Assembly: GCA_963826785.1 (NCBI GenBank)
Contig: CAWGYD010000005.1
Coordinates: forward strand, 32,001 to 96,000
Direction of reading: 5' to 3'
DNA length: 64,000 nucleotides
From: an uncultured delta proteobacterium
GTDB taxonomy: Bacteria; Desulfobacterota; Desulfobacteria; Desulfobacterales; Desulfosalsimonadaceae
Position 1 is the first letter of the stretch, and every line of letters begins with the position of its first letter. The notes beneath the pieces are model-generated. The model saw only the letters and a list, made by a program, of their open reading frames with translations. It searched no databases and was not told the origin of the DNA. Below are positions 40,335-52,221 of this stretch, piece by piece. The translations under genes and the position numbers were made by a program.

Positions 40335-43300
40335 ATGCCCTTTGAGCCGATTGCCATTGTCGGACAATCCTGCCTTTTCCCCGGAGCACTGAATCCAGAA
40401 GCACTCTGGGAAAAAATAGCCGCCGGTAAAAATTTGCTGTCAAAAGTCCCCGAAGGGTATTGGCGGATCAGGCCTGATCTCGTCATGGCGCCACCGCGAC
40501 AAAATGCCATTGATATCACCTGGTGCGACCAGGGCGGATATATCAGCGGATTTGAGTCGATTTTCAATCCCGATGGTTTTGCAATCCCCAAAAAAGAAAT
40601 TTTAAAATACGGTCATCTGGTGCACTGGCTCCTTCACACGGCACGCGAAGCATTAAATGACGCCGGGCATGCCAGTGCCGATGGTCTCAATGCCGGGATT
40701 GTCTTCGGTAATTTATCCTATCCCACGCCTGCCATGTCCGAATTTGCCGAATCCGTCTGGCTTGATGCACAGGCAAGCCGTTTTTTGGGCGGTAACGCCA
40801 GGCATATCGCCAATGTTGCACAACCCCATGCGGTCAATCGGTTCATGTCCGGTCTGCCCGCGCATGTTGTGGCCCGGGCGCTCGAATTGAATAGAGGTGC
40901 TTTTGCCATCGATGCGGCTTGTGCGTCATCTCTTTTCGCCATTAAAATTGCCTGCGACCGATTGCACGATCGAAAGGCGGACCTGATGCTCGCCGGGGGT
41001 GTACAGGGGGCCGACGATTTGATTATCCACATCGGTTTCTGTACCTTGCAGGCCATGAGCCAGACCGGCCGAAGCCGTCCGTTTCATAAAAACGCGGACG
41101 GCCTCGTCCCCGCGGAGGGCTGCGGTTTTGTGGTTTTAAAAAGACTTGCAGATGCAGTCAAATCAGGCGATGAAATTCACGGCGTCATCAGAGGGATCGG
41201 CCTTTCAAACGACGGGAGAGGACGCGGTCTGCTTTTCCCATCGGCTGACGGCCAATTCAGGGCCATGCAGAAAGCGTATCAGATGTCCGGGATTGATCCG
41301 TCACAGATTTCATTGCTGGAGTGTCATGCCACGGGCACCAAAGTCGGTGATGAAATTGAATTGGAAAGCACCAGCCGGATTTTTAATGGTTTACGCCAGA
41401 TTCCCATCGGCACCATAAAATCAAATATGGGCCATCCCATCACCGCCTCCGGAATCGCCGGCATTTTGAAAGTCACCGGCGCGATGAAGGCGGGCACCCG
41501 GCCGCCGACCCTCCACGTGGATGAACCCACCGAAAAGTTGAAAAACACGCCGTTTCGCCTGATTAAAGAACCGGAACCATGGCCATCAGACGCTCCGAGA
41601 ATCGCCGGGATCAGCAACTTCGGCTTCGGCGGAAATAATGCGCACCTGATTCTGGAGCAATGGGACAAAAAATCGTACCAAAAACCGCTCCCGGCAAAAT
41701 CACTTCGAAAAACCGATATTGCCATTGTCGGCATGGGCGCCGTCGTTGCTTCAGGGAACGGATTGGAAGATTTCATCAAAACCATTTTCTCCGGCAATCC
41801 GGCGCTTACGCAAGAAGATGACGGAAAAATGGCCGGAAAGGCAGTTTCTTTTGAACTGCCGATCATGGGGCTCGGGTTCTTCCCGGCGGCCCTCGATCAA
41901 ACCCTGCCACAGCAGCTTCTCATGTTGAAAGCCGCCATGGATGCACTTGATGAGGTGGATATATTCCCGAAAAAGCGGGCCGGTGTGTTTGTCGGGATGG
42001 GGTGTGATTGCGAGGTGACCCGATCCGGAATGTGCTGGCGGCTTCCGCAATTTGTCTGCGACTGGCTGAAAACAAAAGAGATGACCCCGGAAATGAAGGA
42101 CTGGATTGAATCGGTCAAGAACGATCAGATCAATCCGGCCCGTGAGGCTTCAGCCATCTTAGGGGCCATGCCGAATATCGTGGCCAACCGGTTAAACAGC
42201 CAGTTCGATATTGAAGGCCAGAGCTTTACGATTTCATCTGAGGAGCTGTCCGGCATACGGTGCCTTGAAACGGCCATACGCGCACTTCAAGCCGGTGAAA
42301 TCGATGCCGCCATCGTTGGCGCCGTCGACCTGTCCTGTGAAACCGTTCATATGGCAGCGGCCCGGGAAGTACTCAATAACGAAAGCCAAATTCCCGGCGA
42401 TGCCGCCGTTGCGCTGATCTTAAAACGCAAATCAGATGCGATATCGGATGGTGATCAAATATATGCGCTTTTCCCCGGTAAAAAAGATGAGATCGCCGAT
42501 GATCCCATGTCTAAGCTGGAATGGTCATGCGATACAGCCGGACAACTCATTGAACCGCTGGTCGGGCATTCACATGCTGCGTCGGGGTTGCTCCATGTCG
42601 CGACCGCGGCACTGGCATGCCATTTCAGAGCGCAGCCGGCTGGTATTGGAAATAAAGCCATCCCCTGGCTTTCATCACAAAAACGAACCGCCGATGTGAC
42701 GATCAACGCCCTGGGAGGAGAATCCTCAAGAATAACTGTAACCGAAGATACAGACATCTCACCGGGGCGTCTGGTATTATCGCCTTTCCCAAAACTCCAC
42801 ATTTATTCCGGCAATGATAATACAGAAATATTAGAAAATCTCGATAAAGGCCGCGAATCAGATACCGGGCCGGCGCGACTGGTCCTTGTTGCAGAGCATC
42901 CGTCGTTGCTTTCAGACCTTCAGCAACGCGCACGGATGCTTCTTGAACAAGATCGAGATAAGCCTGATTTTTTTCTAAACGAGGGTATTTATTACTGCCG
43001 TCGGCCAATTGAAGGTGAACTTGCATTTGTATTTACAGGCGCTGCAGGCATATACCCCCAAATGGGAAGCGATTTGTTTCTTGCGTTCCCGGAAGATGAT
43101 TCGAGGCGGTGATAACGCGTTTCGGCCTGAACACCGATAAAATCCGCCAATGGATGCGCGATACGGACGAAGACGCTATTCCAACCCCCGAAATCATGCT
43201 GTGGCGCAGTTCGTTTTTGTCACAAGTCCATGCCGTCATTTCGCAAAAATATTTAGGCCTCAAACCGCAGGCCGCCATTGGTTTTTCCTCCGGAGAATCC

Positions 43301-46300
43301 AATTCCCTCTTTGCCATGGGCGCATGGCACGATATGGGACAGATGGCCGCTGATCTTGAACATAAGAACGTCTATGCCCATGAAATCGGCGGTGCGTTCA
43401 ATGTCGCCAAAAAAGCCTGGAATTTAAAAGGAAGAAAAAAAGCGGTCTGGACGAACTGGGGGATTCTCGCCCCGGAGAGCGAGGTCAGAGAAGCGCTTGA
43501 CGTCGGAACCTCTGGCGCACCTGATCATCATCAACGCGCCGGGCAGTATGGTCATCGGCGGAGAGCGGGGCGCCTGCGAACGGATTATCGATAAAATCGG
43601 TAAAAGCAAAGCATATCCGCTGGCCTACAATATCATCAACCACTGCCCTGAATTATCCCAATACGCGGATGAATGGCGAACACTTCATCGCCGTGACACG
43701 GCAGACGTTGCCGATGTCCGGTTTTACTCCGCCGCGACATGCAGCCATTATCATCCCACGGCTGAAAAATCGGCCCGGGCCATTCTGGATATGGCGACCC
43801 GCACGCTCGATTTTCCCCGGATGATTGAAAACGCCTGGAAAGACGGGGTTCGAATTTTCCTTGAACACGGCCCTCGCAATAACTGCAGCCAGTGGATCGA
43901 TCAGATCCTTGAGGGGAAGGATCACCTGGCGGTCTCGCTGGATCAACGCGGCCGATCTTCCCTGACCCAGATGGTGCATGCTGCGGCACAACTCAAGTCG
44001 GCCGGGGTGTCCGTCAATTTCGATGAGTTTGAAAAACGGATAGCGTCATCCGATTTGAGCAAAAATGATCGTCATAACAGTAAACAGGATAAACAGTTTC
44101 CCACCAGAACCTATCGCGTTCATCCTTCCAGAATTGAATTGCCTGAAATTCCCCGGGCCGGCGGAAAAGTTATCCATTTTTCGCCGGCCCAAACCGATGC
44201 ATCCGGTATATCTGAGAAAAGCGGGGATACAGATCCGGAAGATATGCAAATGATGCCGCCGGCCCCCCACCTGCCGTCCATTATGGAAGAGATCGAGGCA
44301 TCAGCGAAACAGACTGAGGACACACAGGAGATATCGGATATTTTGAAAAACAATCCAGAAACGGATCTTTTTACAGAGCGTATTTTGGCGGATATCGCAT
44401 CGCAAAATGCCGATATATCCAAAGTGCATCAGGATTTTCTCGCACAGCAGTCCAAAGTCCATGAACGTTATCTGGATCACCGCTTAAATGTGTTAACCCT
44501 GCTGGGAAAGCTCGCCGGGCAGGAAATTTTTCCTTCTTCTCCTGAAGCAGGCGCATCCGCGATTCCGAACCGGAAAAACGCTTCTTGTCAACCGCCTGGC
44601 AAACCTGTTCGTGATAATGAGGCCAAACCGGAAATCAAATCTGGTCGCAAATCAGATACCCCAAGTGCCCCGCCTGTTTCTGCTAACCCGGATCATGATT
44701 CCGGTGCATCCGATGCATCCGAAAATTTTATCGACCCTGTGAATGATGGCGTTGTTCATAAGCATGTCGATCCGGTCAGAGAAAAGTTTTCCCATGAACG
44801 ATATATCGAACCGACCGGGCCGACATTTTCCAAAGAACAGCTTGAAATTCTGGCGTCGGGCAACATATCAGACGTTTTCGGGCCGATGTTTAAGATTCAG
44901 GACAACTATCCCAGGCAGGTGCGCCTTCCTGAATATCCGCTTCTGCTGGCCGACAGAATCACCGGGCTGGATGCAGAACCCGGCTCAATGGGCAAAGGCG
45001 TCATCTGGACGGAAACAGACGTTGTTGCGGGGGCCTGGTACTTAAATGATATTTACATGCCTCCCGGCGTCACCGTTGAGTCCGGCCAATGTGACTTGAC
45101 CCTTGTTTCATACCTGGGTGCGGATTTTAAAAATCAAGGCAAACGCGTATATCGGCTGCTCGGGTGTGACCTCATCTATTACGGCGAACCGCCGAAGGTC
45201 GGCGATACGCTCTGCTACCAGATCCACGTGGATGGTCACGCGAATATCGGCGAAACCCGGATTTTCTTTTTCCACTATGACTGCCGGATCAATGGCGAAC
45301 TGCGTCTGTCCGTCAGAAATGCGCAGGCCGGGTTTTTTTCCGATGAAGAACTGGCCCGATCCGGCGGCATTCTCTGGCGTCCTGAAACCGGTGAGCACAA
45401 GCCGGATGATGAGGCGATTCTTGTTCCGCCATATGTTAAATGTACCCGAAATCAATTTTCCAAAGACCTGGTGAAAGCGTTTTCCGAAGGCCGCGTGTTT
45501 GAATGCTTCGGCCCCGGTTTCGAGTTGACCGAGACCCACTCAAAAACGCCCAAACTCCAGTCCGGCATGATGCTGCTCCTGGATCAGGTCACCCGGTTCG
45601 ACCCGAAAGGCGGCCCATGGGGCCGCGGGTATCTCAAGGTGGAGAATGATATCCCGCCGGATGCATGGTATCTGACATGCCATTTTAAAAACGATCCCTG
45701 CATGCCGGGAACCTTGATGAGCGACGCCTGTTTGCAGAGTCTCGCGTTTTATTTGACGGCCATGGGGTTTACCATTAAAAGGGACGGCTGGCGTTTCGAC
45801 CCCGTACCGGATGAAATATATCATATCAAATGCCGGGGGCAGGTCACTCCGGAAAGTCATAGACTGGTGTATGAAGTTTTTGTGGAAGAGATCATTGCCG
45901 AGCCATGCCCCACCGTCTATGCCGATATTTTAGCCACCTGCGACGGACTGAAAATTCTGCATATTCGCCGCATGGGGCTGCGTCTGGTGCCCGATTATCC
46001 GCTGGATTGCTGGCCGCACCTGCTTGAAGGGCATGTTGAAAAACATCCGGTTGCCCGAATCGGGGATATGGAATTCGGATACAGGTCGCTTTTGGCCTGT
46101 GCGTTCGGCAGACCGTCAGATGCTTTCGGCGAGCTGGGGAAACCGTTTGACGGGCCGCGGCATATCGCCCGTCTTCCCGGCCCCCCCTACCATTTCATGT
46201 CACGGGTCGTATCCATTCAAGCAACCATGGGCAGCATGCGCACCAATGAGACGATCGAGGTTGATTACGATATTCCGCCGGATGCATGGTATTTCGATCA

Positions 46301-48410
46301 AAACGGCAACCGCACCATGCCTTTTTGCGTGCTCATGGAAGTTGCGCTGCAGCCCTGCGGCTGGCTGGCGGTGTTTGAAGGCGGTCCCGCCGCATCAGAA
46401 AAACCGTTGTACTTCCGCAACATGGATGGCACCGGTACGCTGACCAAAGAAATTTTTCCGGATTCCGGAACGATCCGCACCCGTACGACCCTCACCAATA
46501 TCATCAATTTCTCGGGCTTTATTCTCATTAATTTTGATGTTGAATGTTTTATCGCCGACGCCTGTATTTATAAAATGAAGACGGGGTTTGGCTTTTTTCT
46601 CAAAGAAGCCCTTGACCATCAGGTGGGACTGCCCGCCACGGATGAGGATCGCCAGTGGCTCGAGGAACCCTGTGATTTTCTGGTGGAACTGACAGACAGA
46701 CCGCCCGGGTATTGTGAAGTCGCGCCCTGCCTGCCAAAACCCATGCTGTTAATGATTGATCGTGTGACCGGTTTCTGGCCGAAAGGCGGACGCAAAGGCA
46801 TCGGTCGTCTCAGGGCTGAAAAAAAAGTTGATATCAGTGAATGGTTTTTCAAAGCCCATTTCTTTCATGACCCTGTTCAACCCGGTTCCCTTGGGGTGGA
46901 GGCCATGATACAGACGCTTCAATTTTACATGTGCCACACCGCCATGGCCGAAGGAATTAAAAATCCGCGGTTTGTACCCATCGCCATTGATAAGCCGGTC
47001 ACCTGGAAATACCGGGGCCAGGTGACCCCAGTCATTAAGCGAATCTCCGTTGAGATGGATATTATCGAAACGGGACGGGATGAAAAGGGTTCCTTTGCCG
47101 TTGCCGAAGCATGGCTGTGGGCGGATCAGCTAAGAATTTTTCATGTAAAAGATTTATGCATGTATATTGTGCCCGGAGGCCCTGACGCATATGAGAAAAA
47201 GAGAAACAATAATGAAAGCGGGGATCATTCCGGTGCGAAAAGCCAAAAACATTCCGTAAAAAACAGTGTCATTAAATATATCACGGGTACCGTGCCCATC
47301 GATCATGTCGATCCCGCTTTCATTCATCTTTCCAGAGACAAAAAAACAGCTTCATGTGACTTAATGCCCCTTTCCCGTTTTCCAATCATGATTCAGAAAA
47401 CAGACAGCAAAAAGCCCTGCATCGAAGTGGGAGCGCCTGTACTGGATTATGAGCGGATTTTTGAATATGGCCGGAAATTATTTAATATCGGTCCCTGGTT
47501 ATTTGAAAATATTACCCGCTCGCTATGGGAACGGTTTGTAAGATATGTGATTATCGAAGATCCCAACGCCTTTGAAAAAGTCTCGAACCGCAGTCTCCTT
47601 TATCTTGGAAATCACCAGATCCAGGTGGAATCCATGCTTTTTCCATTATTGGCCCAGGTACTGACAAAACGCCGAATTGTCACCATTGCCGATGCAGCCC
47701 ACAAAACCGGTTGGATCGGCGCTTTAAATGATATTATCTACTCGCATCCGGGGATTTTTTACCCCAAAAATATCGTATACTTTGATCAGACCAACCGAAA
47801 ATCCCTGTTTGATATCATTGATAAATTCAAAGAACAGATTCAAAAAGAAGGGATATCCGTATTTCTGCACACCGAAGGCCGACTTGGACTGACATGTAAA
47901 ACGCCCGTAAAGGTGTTAAGTTCGGTTTTTATCGACATGGCCCTTGAATCCGATTTACCGATCATACCGGTCCGGTTTACCGGCGGGCTTCCGGTTGAAA
48001 AACTTGAAAAGACCCTCGACTTTCCGGTGGGGTACGGAAAACAGGACTACTATATCGGCAAACCGATTTTACCTGAAACACTCAGGGCGTTAAATTATGC
48101 GGACCGCAGAAAGACGGTCATTGATGCCATCAACAGGCTTGGTGGTTTAAATGAACAGGAAACCCCTCATGCGCCTGACCCGCATTTCACGAAAGAAGTT
48201 GAATCATGGCAGAAACAGACAGGCGCCTCCGAAGTAAAAGCAGTAATTTTTAAAGCCTTGGAGATGTTAAACGATCCCCCGGAAACAAACCTGCACAACC
48301 TGCTGGTGAAACGCGGCAATAGAGCGGCAGTTCAGTATGCAGATGATGAAAGCGGCCTCTGGTTGGAAAAACTGTCAGAGTGGCTATTCAGTTCGAAGGG
48401 ATATATATAA
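40335..48410 (+). CDS. PUFA synthase subunit KS-CLF-AT-DH'/DH/DH'/DH-AGPAT (PfaBC / myxobacterial Pfa3-like), broken near 43095 and 43500
   Basis: KS DAACASS, ECHATGT and MGH; CLF SEELSG; AT GFSSGE in the middle ORF; FabA-like CHFKNDPCMPG and AHFFHDPVQPG; C-terminal LGNHQIQVES, HTEG and PIIPV. Confidence 0.88.
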
Positions 48411-48420
48411 GGAATTCATA

Positions 48421-50172
48421 ATGCCAAAGACCCCCATAAATAAACAATCCTCCCAAAAAACCGACGGTCCGCCCACTTTTTTTTTAAAAGATAGAGATAT
48501 TGAAGAACAGTTACTGATCAAGGACAGGGCCATTGCTTCGGCCATTTATGGAATTGGGATCGGCGATCTTGAAGGAAATATTATCTATGTGAATGATGCT
48601 GCCCTGCGGATGTGGGGAGCGGGAGACCCTTCGGAAATTCTGGGCCGATCTGCCCTGGAATTTGCCAGAGATAAGGAACAGGCGGAGCAGATTTTAATTG
48701 AAATGGTGCAAAACGGGCACTGGGAGGGCGAAATTGAAGGGTTTCGAAAAGATGGCACGCCGGCCACCATTCATATGGCGGCCAATATCGTCTACAATGA
48801 AAATGGCGAGCCCATCTGCACGATGGATTCCTTTATCGATATCACCGATCGAAAGAAAATGGAGGAAGAGCTCCGTATCAAAGACTTTGCCATCGCCTCT
48901 TCAATTTACGGCATCGGCATGGGCGATCTGGAAGGCAATATCACCTATATCAATAATGCGGCGCTGCAAATGTGGGGAGCGGATGACCCTTCTGATGTGA
49001 TTGGCCGATCTGCCCTGGAACTTGCCAGAGATAAAGACCAGGCGGAGCAGATATTGCTTGAAATGCTGACAAAAGGGAGCTGGGAAGGTGAAATTGAAGG
49101 GTTTCGAAAAGACGGTACGCCGGCCACCATCCAAATGGCAGCCAATATTGTCTATAATGAAAATGGCGAGCCCATCTGCACAATGGACTCTTTCATTGAC
49201 ATCACCGATCGAAAAAAAATGGAGGAAGAGCTTCGCATCAAGGATTTTGCGGTCTCATCGTCCATCCAGGGAATTGTCATCGGTGATTTGATGGGGAATA
49301 TCACGTATGTGAACAGCGCCTTTCTTGAATTGTGGGGCGATGATGATGCTTCTGAAATCATTGGAAAATCAGCCATCAGCTTTGCAGTGGATCAAGAACA
49401 GGCGGAAAAAGCCCTGGAAGCCGTTTTGGACAAGGGTTATTGGAGGGACGAAGTCGATGTAATGATCAAAGACGGCTCCATCATCACCGTTCTGGTTTCA
49501 GCCAATCTGGTGAAAGGTGCCGAGCATAATCCGATCTGCATGATGGCATCTTTCATGGATATCACGGATCGTAAAGTAGCCGAAGCAAAACTCGAAGCGG
49601 CCAACGAAGAGCTTGAAGCACGGGTAATGGAGCGAACCCGTGAACTTCTAAGGATGAATGAACGACTCGTTGCCGAAGTTGAAGAACGCAAGCTGTCTGC
49701 AAAGGCGTTGATCGAAAAAGAGGAGGAGCTTCGTCTGCAAACGATAAATCTTCAGGAAACAAACACCGCTTTGAAAATTTTATTAAAACAGCGGGAACAG
49801 GACAAGGAAGATCTTGAAGACAAAGTCTTGTCAAATGTCAAAAATTTAATTTTACCCTACATCGAAAAACTAAATGAAACCCGGGTAAACTCCAAACAAA
49901 AAACGTATCTGGACATTCTTGAGTCAAATGTTAATGAAATCGTATCCCCTTACCTGCAAAAATTGTCGGGGCATTTATTAAAAAACCTCACCCCCATGCA
50001 GGTCCAGGTGGCCGACCTGGTTAAAGCCGGCAAAACAACCAAGGAAATTGCCGATCTGCTTCGTCTGTCCGACAGAGCCATTGAATTTCATCGAAACAAT
50101 ATCAGGGATCAGCTGGGATTAAAAAGCAAAAAGATCAATTTAAGAAACTTCCTGCTGTCTCTGACGCAATGA
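48421..50172 (+). CDS. 3xPAS - coiled coil - LuxR HTH transcriptional regulator
   Basis: Three PAS/PAC units ending DITDRK at a 360-bp period; C-terminal LTPMQVQVADLVKAGKTTKEIA..IEFHRNNIR. Confidence 0.88.
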   Translation: MPKTPINKQSSQKTDGPPTFFLKDRDIEEQLLIKDRAIASAIYGIGIGDLEGNIIYVNDAALRMWGAGDPSEILGRSALEFARDKEQAEQILIEMVQNGHWEGEIEGFRKDGTPATIHMAANIVYNENGEPICTMDSFIDITDRKKMEEELRIKDFAIASSIYGIGMGDLEGNITYINNAALQMWGADDPSDVIGRSALELARDKDQAEQILLEMLTKGSWEGEIEGFRKDGTPATIQMAANIVYNENGEPICTMDSFIDITDRKKMEEELRIKDFAVSSSIQGIVIGDLMGNITYVNSAFLELWGDDDASEIIGKSAISFAVDQEQAEKALEAVLDKGYWRDEVDVMIKDGSIITVLVSANLVKGAEHNPICMMASFMDITDRKVAEAKLEAANEELEARVMERTRELLRMNERLVAEVEERKLSAKALIEKEEELRLQTINLQETNTALKILLKQREQDKEDLEDKVLSNVKNLILPYIEKLNETRVNSKQKTYLDILESNVNEIVSPYLQKLSGHLLKNLTPMQVQVADLVKAGKTTKEIADLLRLSDRAIEFHRNNIRDQLGLKSKKINLRNFLLSLTQ

Positions 50173-50242
50173 ATTTATTGAAGTTGGAAAACCTGGTCCT
50201 CTGGGCCAGGTCAGAGCAATCGGCTATGCCACACCACGGATA

Positions 50243-50268
50243 TGGAATAATGGAATGTTGGAATAATG
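50243..50268. repeat. Short tandem 8-mer TGGAAT(AA/GT) x3
   Basis: TGGAATAA TGGAATGT TGGAATAA between the convergent regulator and metG. Confidence 0.6.
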
Positions 50269-50292
50269 GGTTTGCAGGTATCCTGCTTTCTT

Positions 50293-52221
50293 TTATTTCA
50301 CGGACAGGCCCGGCGGCACCGGCCGATCCAGGGTGACCACGGCGCCGTCTTTATCGGAAATGGCCGCCAGCAACATTCCCTCCGAGCGGACTCCCATGAT
50401 GGTGGCGGGTTTCAGGTTGGCCACGATCACCACCTGTTTTCCGATAATCTGTTCGGGCGTGTAATGCCGGGCAATCCCGGCCACCAGGGTCCGCCTTTTG
50501 CCCCCATCTTCAACTTCAAGCTTCAACAGTTTATTGGCTTTGGGAACCGGTTGGGCAGCCACCACCCGGGCCACCCGGAGGTCGAGTTTGAAGACATCCT
50601 CGATGCTGATCTCCGGTTTTGCTGCCCCGGGTGCCGCTGGCGAGGACTTCTTTTCCGGTTTTGGGTCAATTTTTCCAGGTTTGTCCGCCTCGATGCGGGG
50701 GAAGAGCTGCACCGGCTTTGATATCCGGGTTCGGGGCAAAATGGAACCCCAATTCTTGAGCCGGCTGAGCAGACCATCGGCCGGGTCGTTTCCCTGGCCC
50801 AGGTGCGCCATCATGGCCGTCGATGTTTCCGGCATTACCGGCGAAATCAGGCCGGCTACAACCCGCAGTCCTTCCAGAAGATTGATCATGACCGCACCCA
50901 GGCGGTCTTTTTGCGCTTCGTCTTTGGCCATCTCCCATGGCGCCATCGTATCCACGTATTTGTTCATCCTTGAAATCAGCTGCCAGACCGCCTGCAGGGC
51001 CTTGTGAAACTGCAGGTTTTCCATTGCGGCTTCAAAATCGGAAATGGCCCCGGATGCATCCTCTTTCAAGCCGGGAATATCGGTTTTTGCCGCCGGATCA
51101 ATATCCGGGACGATGCCTTTGAAATACTTGTTGAACATGGCCAGCACCCGGGAGAACAGGTTTCCCAGATCATTGGCCAGATCCGAATTGATGCGGCTGA
51201 CCAGGATGTCTTCTGAAAAATTCGAATCCAGGCCGAACACCATCTCTCTCATCAGGAAGAACCGGATGGCGTCCGTGCCATAGGTGGATTTCAAATACAC
51301 CGGGTCCACGACATTGCCGATGCTTTTTGACATCTTGGTTTCATCCACATTCCAGTAGCCGTGCACATACAGGTTCTGGTAGAGATCGATGCCGGCCGCT
51401 TTTAGCATAATGGGCCAGTAGATCCCGTGGGGTTTCAAGATGTCTTTTGCCACGATGTGGCGTGCATGGGGCCAGAATTTCTTGAAGTTGTCGCCGTCCG
51501 GATAGCCGAGAGCGGAGACATAGTTGAGCAGGGCGTCAAACCAGACATAGGTGACGAATTTATCATCGAAGGGCAGGGGGATTCCCCATTCCAGGCGAGA
51601 CTTGGGCCGGGAGATGCAAAGGTCCTCCAGCGGTTCGCGCAGAAACGCCAGTACTTCATTTTTATACCGTTCCGGCTGGATGAACTGCGGATGGGCGTGA
51701 ATATGGGCGATCAGCCAGTCCTGGTAGCGGCTCATTTTAAAAAAATAATTGGATTCCCGGATCATCTCCGGCCGGGTGCCGTGATCCGGGCATTTCCCTT
51801 CCGTGAGTTCGCGTTCCTGATAGAACCGCTCGCAGTCAAAGCAGTAGAGACCCTGGTATTCTGAAAAATAAATGTCTCCGGCATCATAGATCTGCTGCAG
51901 CACCCGCGTGACCACCCGGATGTGATCCGGATCGGTGGTGCGGATGAAATGGTCATAATCGATGTCGTAGCGGGGCCACAGGTCGAAAAAGAGGCGGCTG
52001 ACGGCGTCCGCGTATTCCCGGGGCGCCATCTGCTGTTTTTCCGCTGCCTTGACGATCTTGTCCCCGTGCTCGTCGGTTCCGGTCAGAAAAAAGGTATCGG
52101 CTCCCTGCATCCGGTGAAACCGCCGGGCTACGTCCGCGGCGATGGTGGTGTAGGTATGGCCCAGGTGGGGTCTGGCATTCACGTAATAAATGGGAGTGGT
52201 GATATAAAATGGATCGGTCAT
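50293..52221 (-). CDS. metG: Methionine--tRNA ligase
   Basis: YITTPIYYVN, HLGH, GTDEHG, Zn knuckle, YVWFDAL, KMSKS and a C-terminal tRNA-binding domain. Confidence 0.97.
   Translation of the reverse strand: MTDPFYITTPIYYVNARPHLGHTYTTIAADVARRFHRMQGADTFFLTGTDEHGDKIVKAAEKQQMAPREYADAVSRLFFDLWPRYDIDYDHFIRTTDPDHIRVVTRVLQQIYDAGDIYFSEYQGLYCFDCERFYQERELTEGKCPDHGTRPEMIRESNYFFKMSRYQDWLIAHIHAHPQFIQPERYKNEVLAFLREPLEDLCISRPKSRLEWGIPLPFDDKFVTYVWFDALLNYVSALGYPDGDNFKKFWPHARHIVAKDILKPHGIYWPIMLKAAGIDLYQNLYVHGYWNVDETKMSKSIGNVVDPVYLKSTYGTDAIRFFLMREMVFGLDSNFSEDILVSRINSDLANDLGNLFSRVLAMFNKYFKGIVPDIDPAAKTDIPGLKEDASGAISDFEAAMENLQFHKALQAVWQLISRMNKYVDTMAPWEMAKDEAQKDRLGAVMINLLEGLRVVAGLISPVMPETSTAMMAHLGQGNDPADGLLSRLKNWGSILPRTRISKPVQLFPRIEADKPGKIDPKPEKKSSPAAPGAAKPEISIEDVFKLDLRVARVVAAQPVPKANKLLKLEVEDGGKRRTLVAGIARHYTPEQIIGKQVVIVANLKPATIMGVRSEGMLLAAISDKDGAVVTLDRPVPPGLSVK

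Noticed and set aside
43080..43520. Programmed frameshifting, or a genuine split into separate pfa genes
   Set aside because: The breaks fall inside the AT domain, no slippery heptamer was seen, and similar indels occur across the window.
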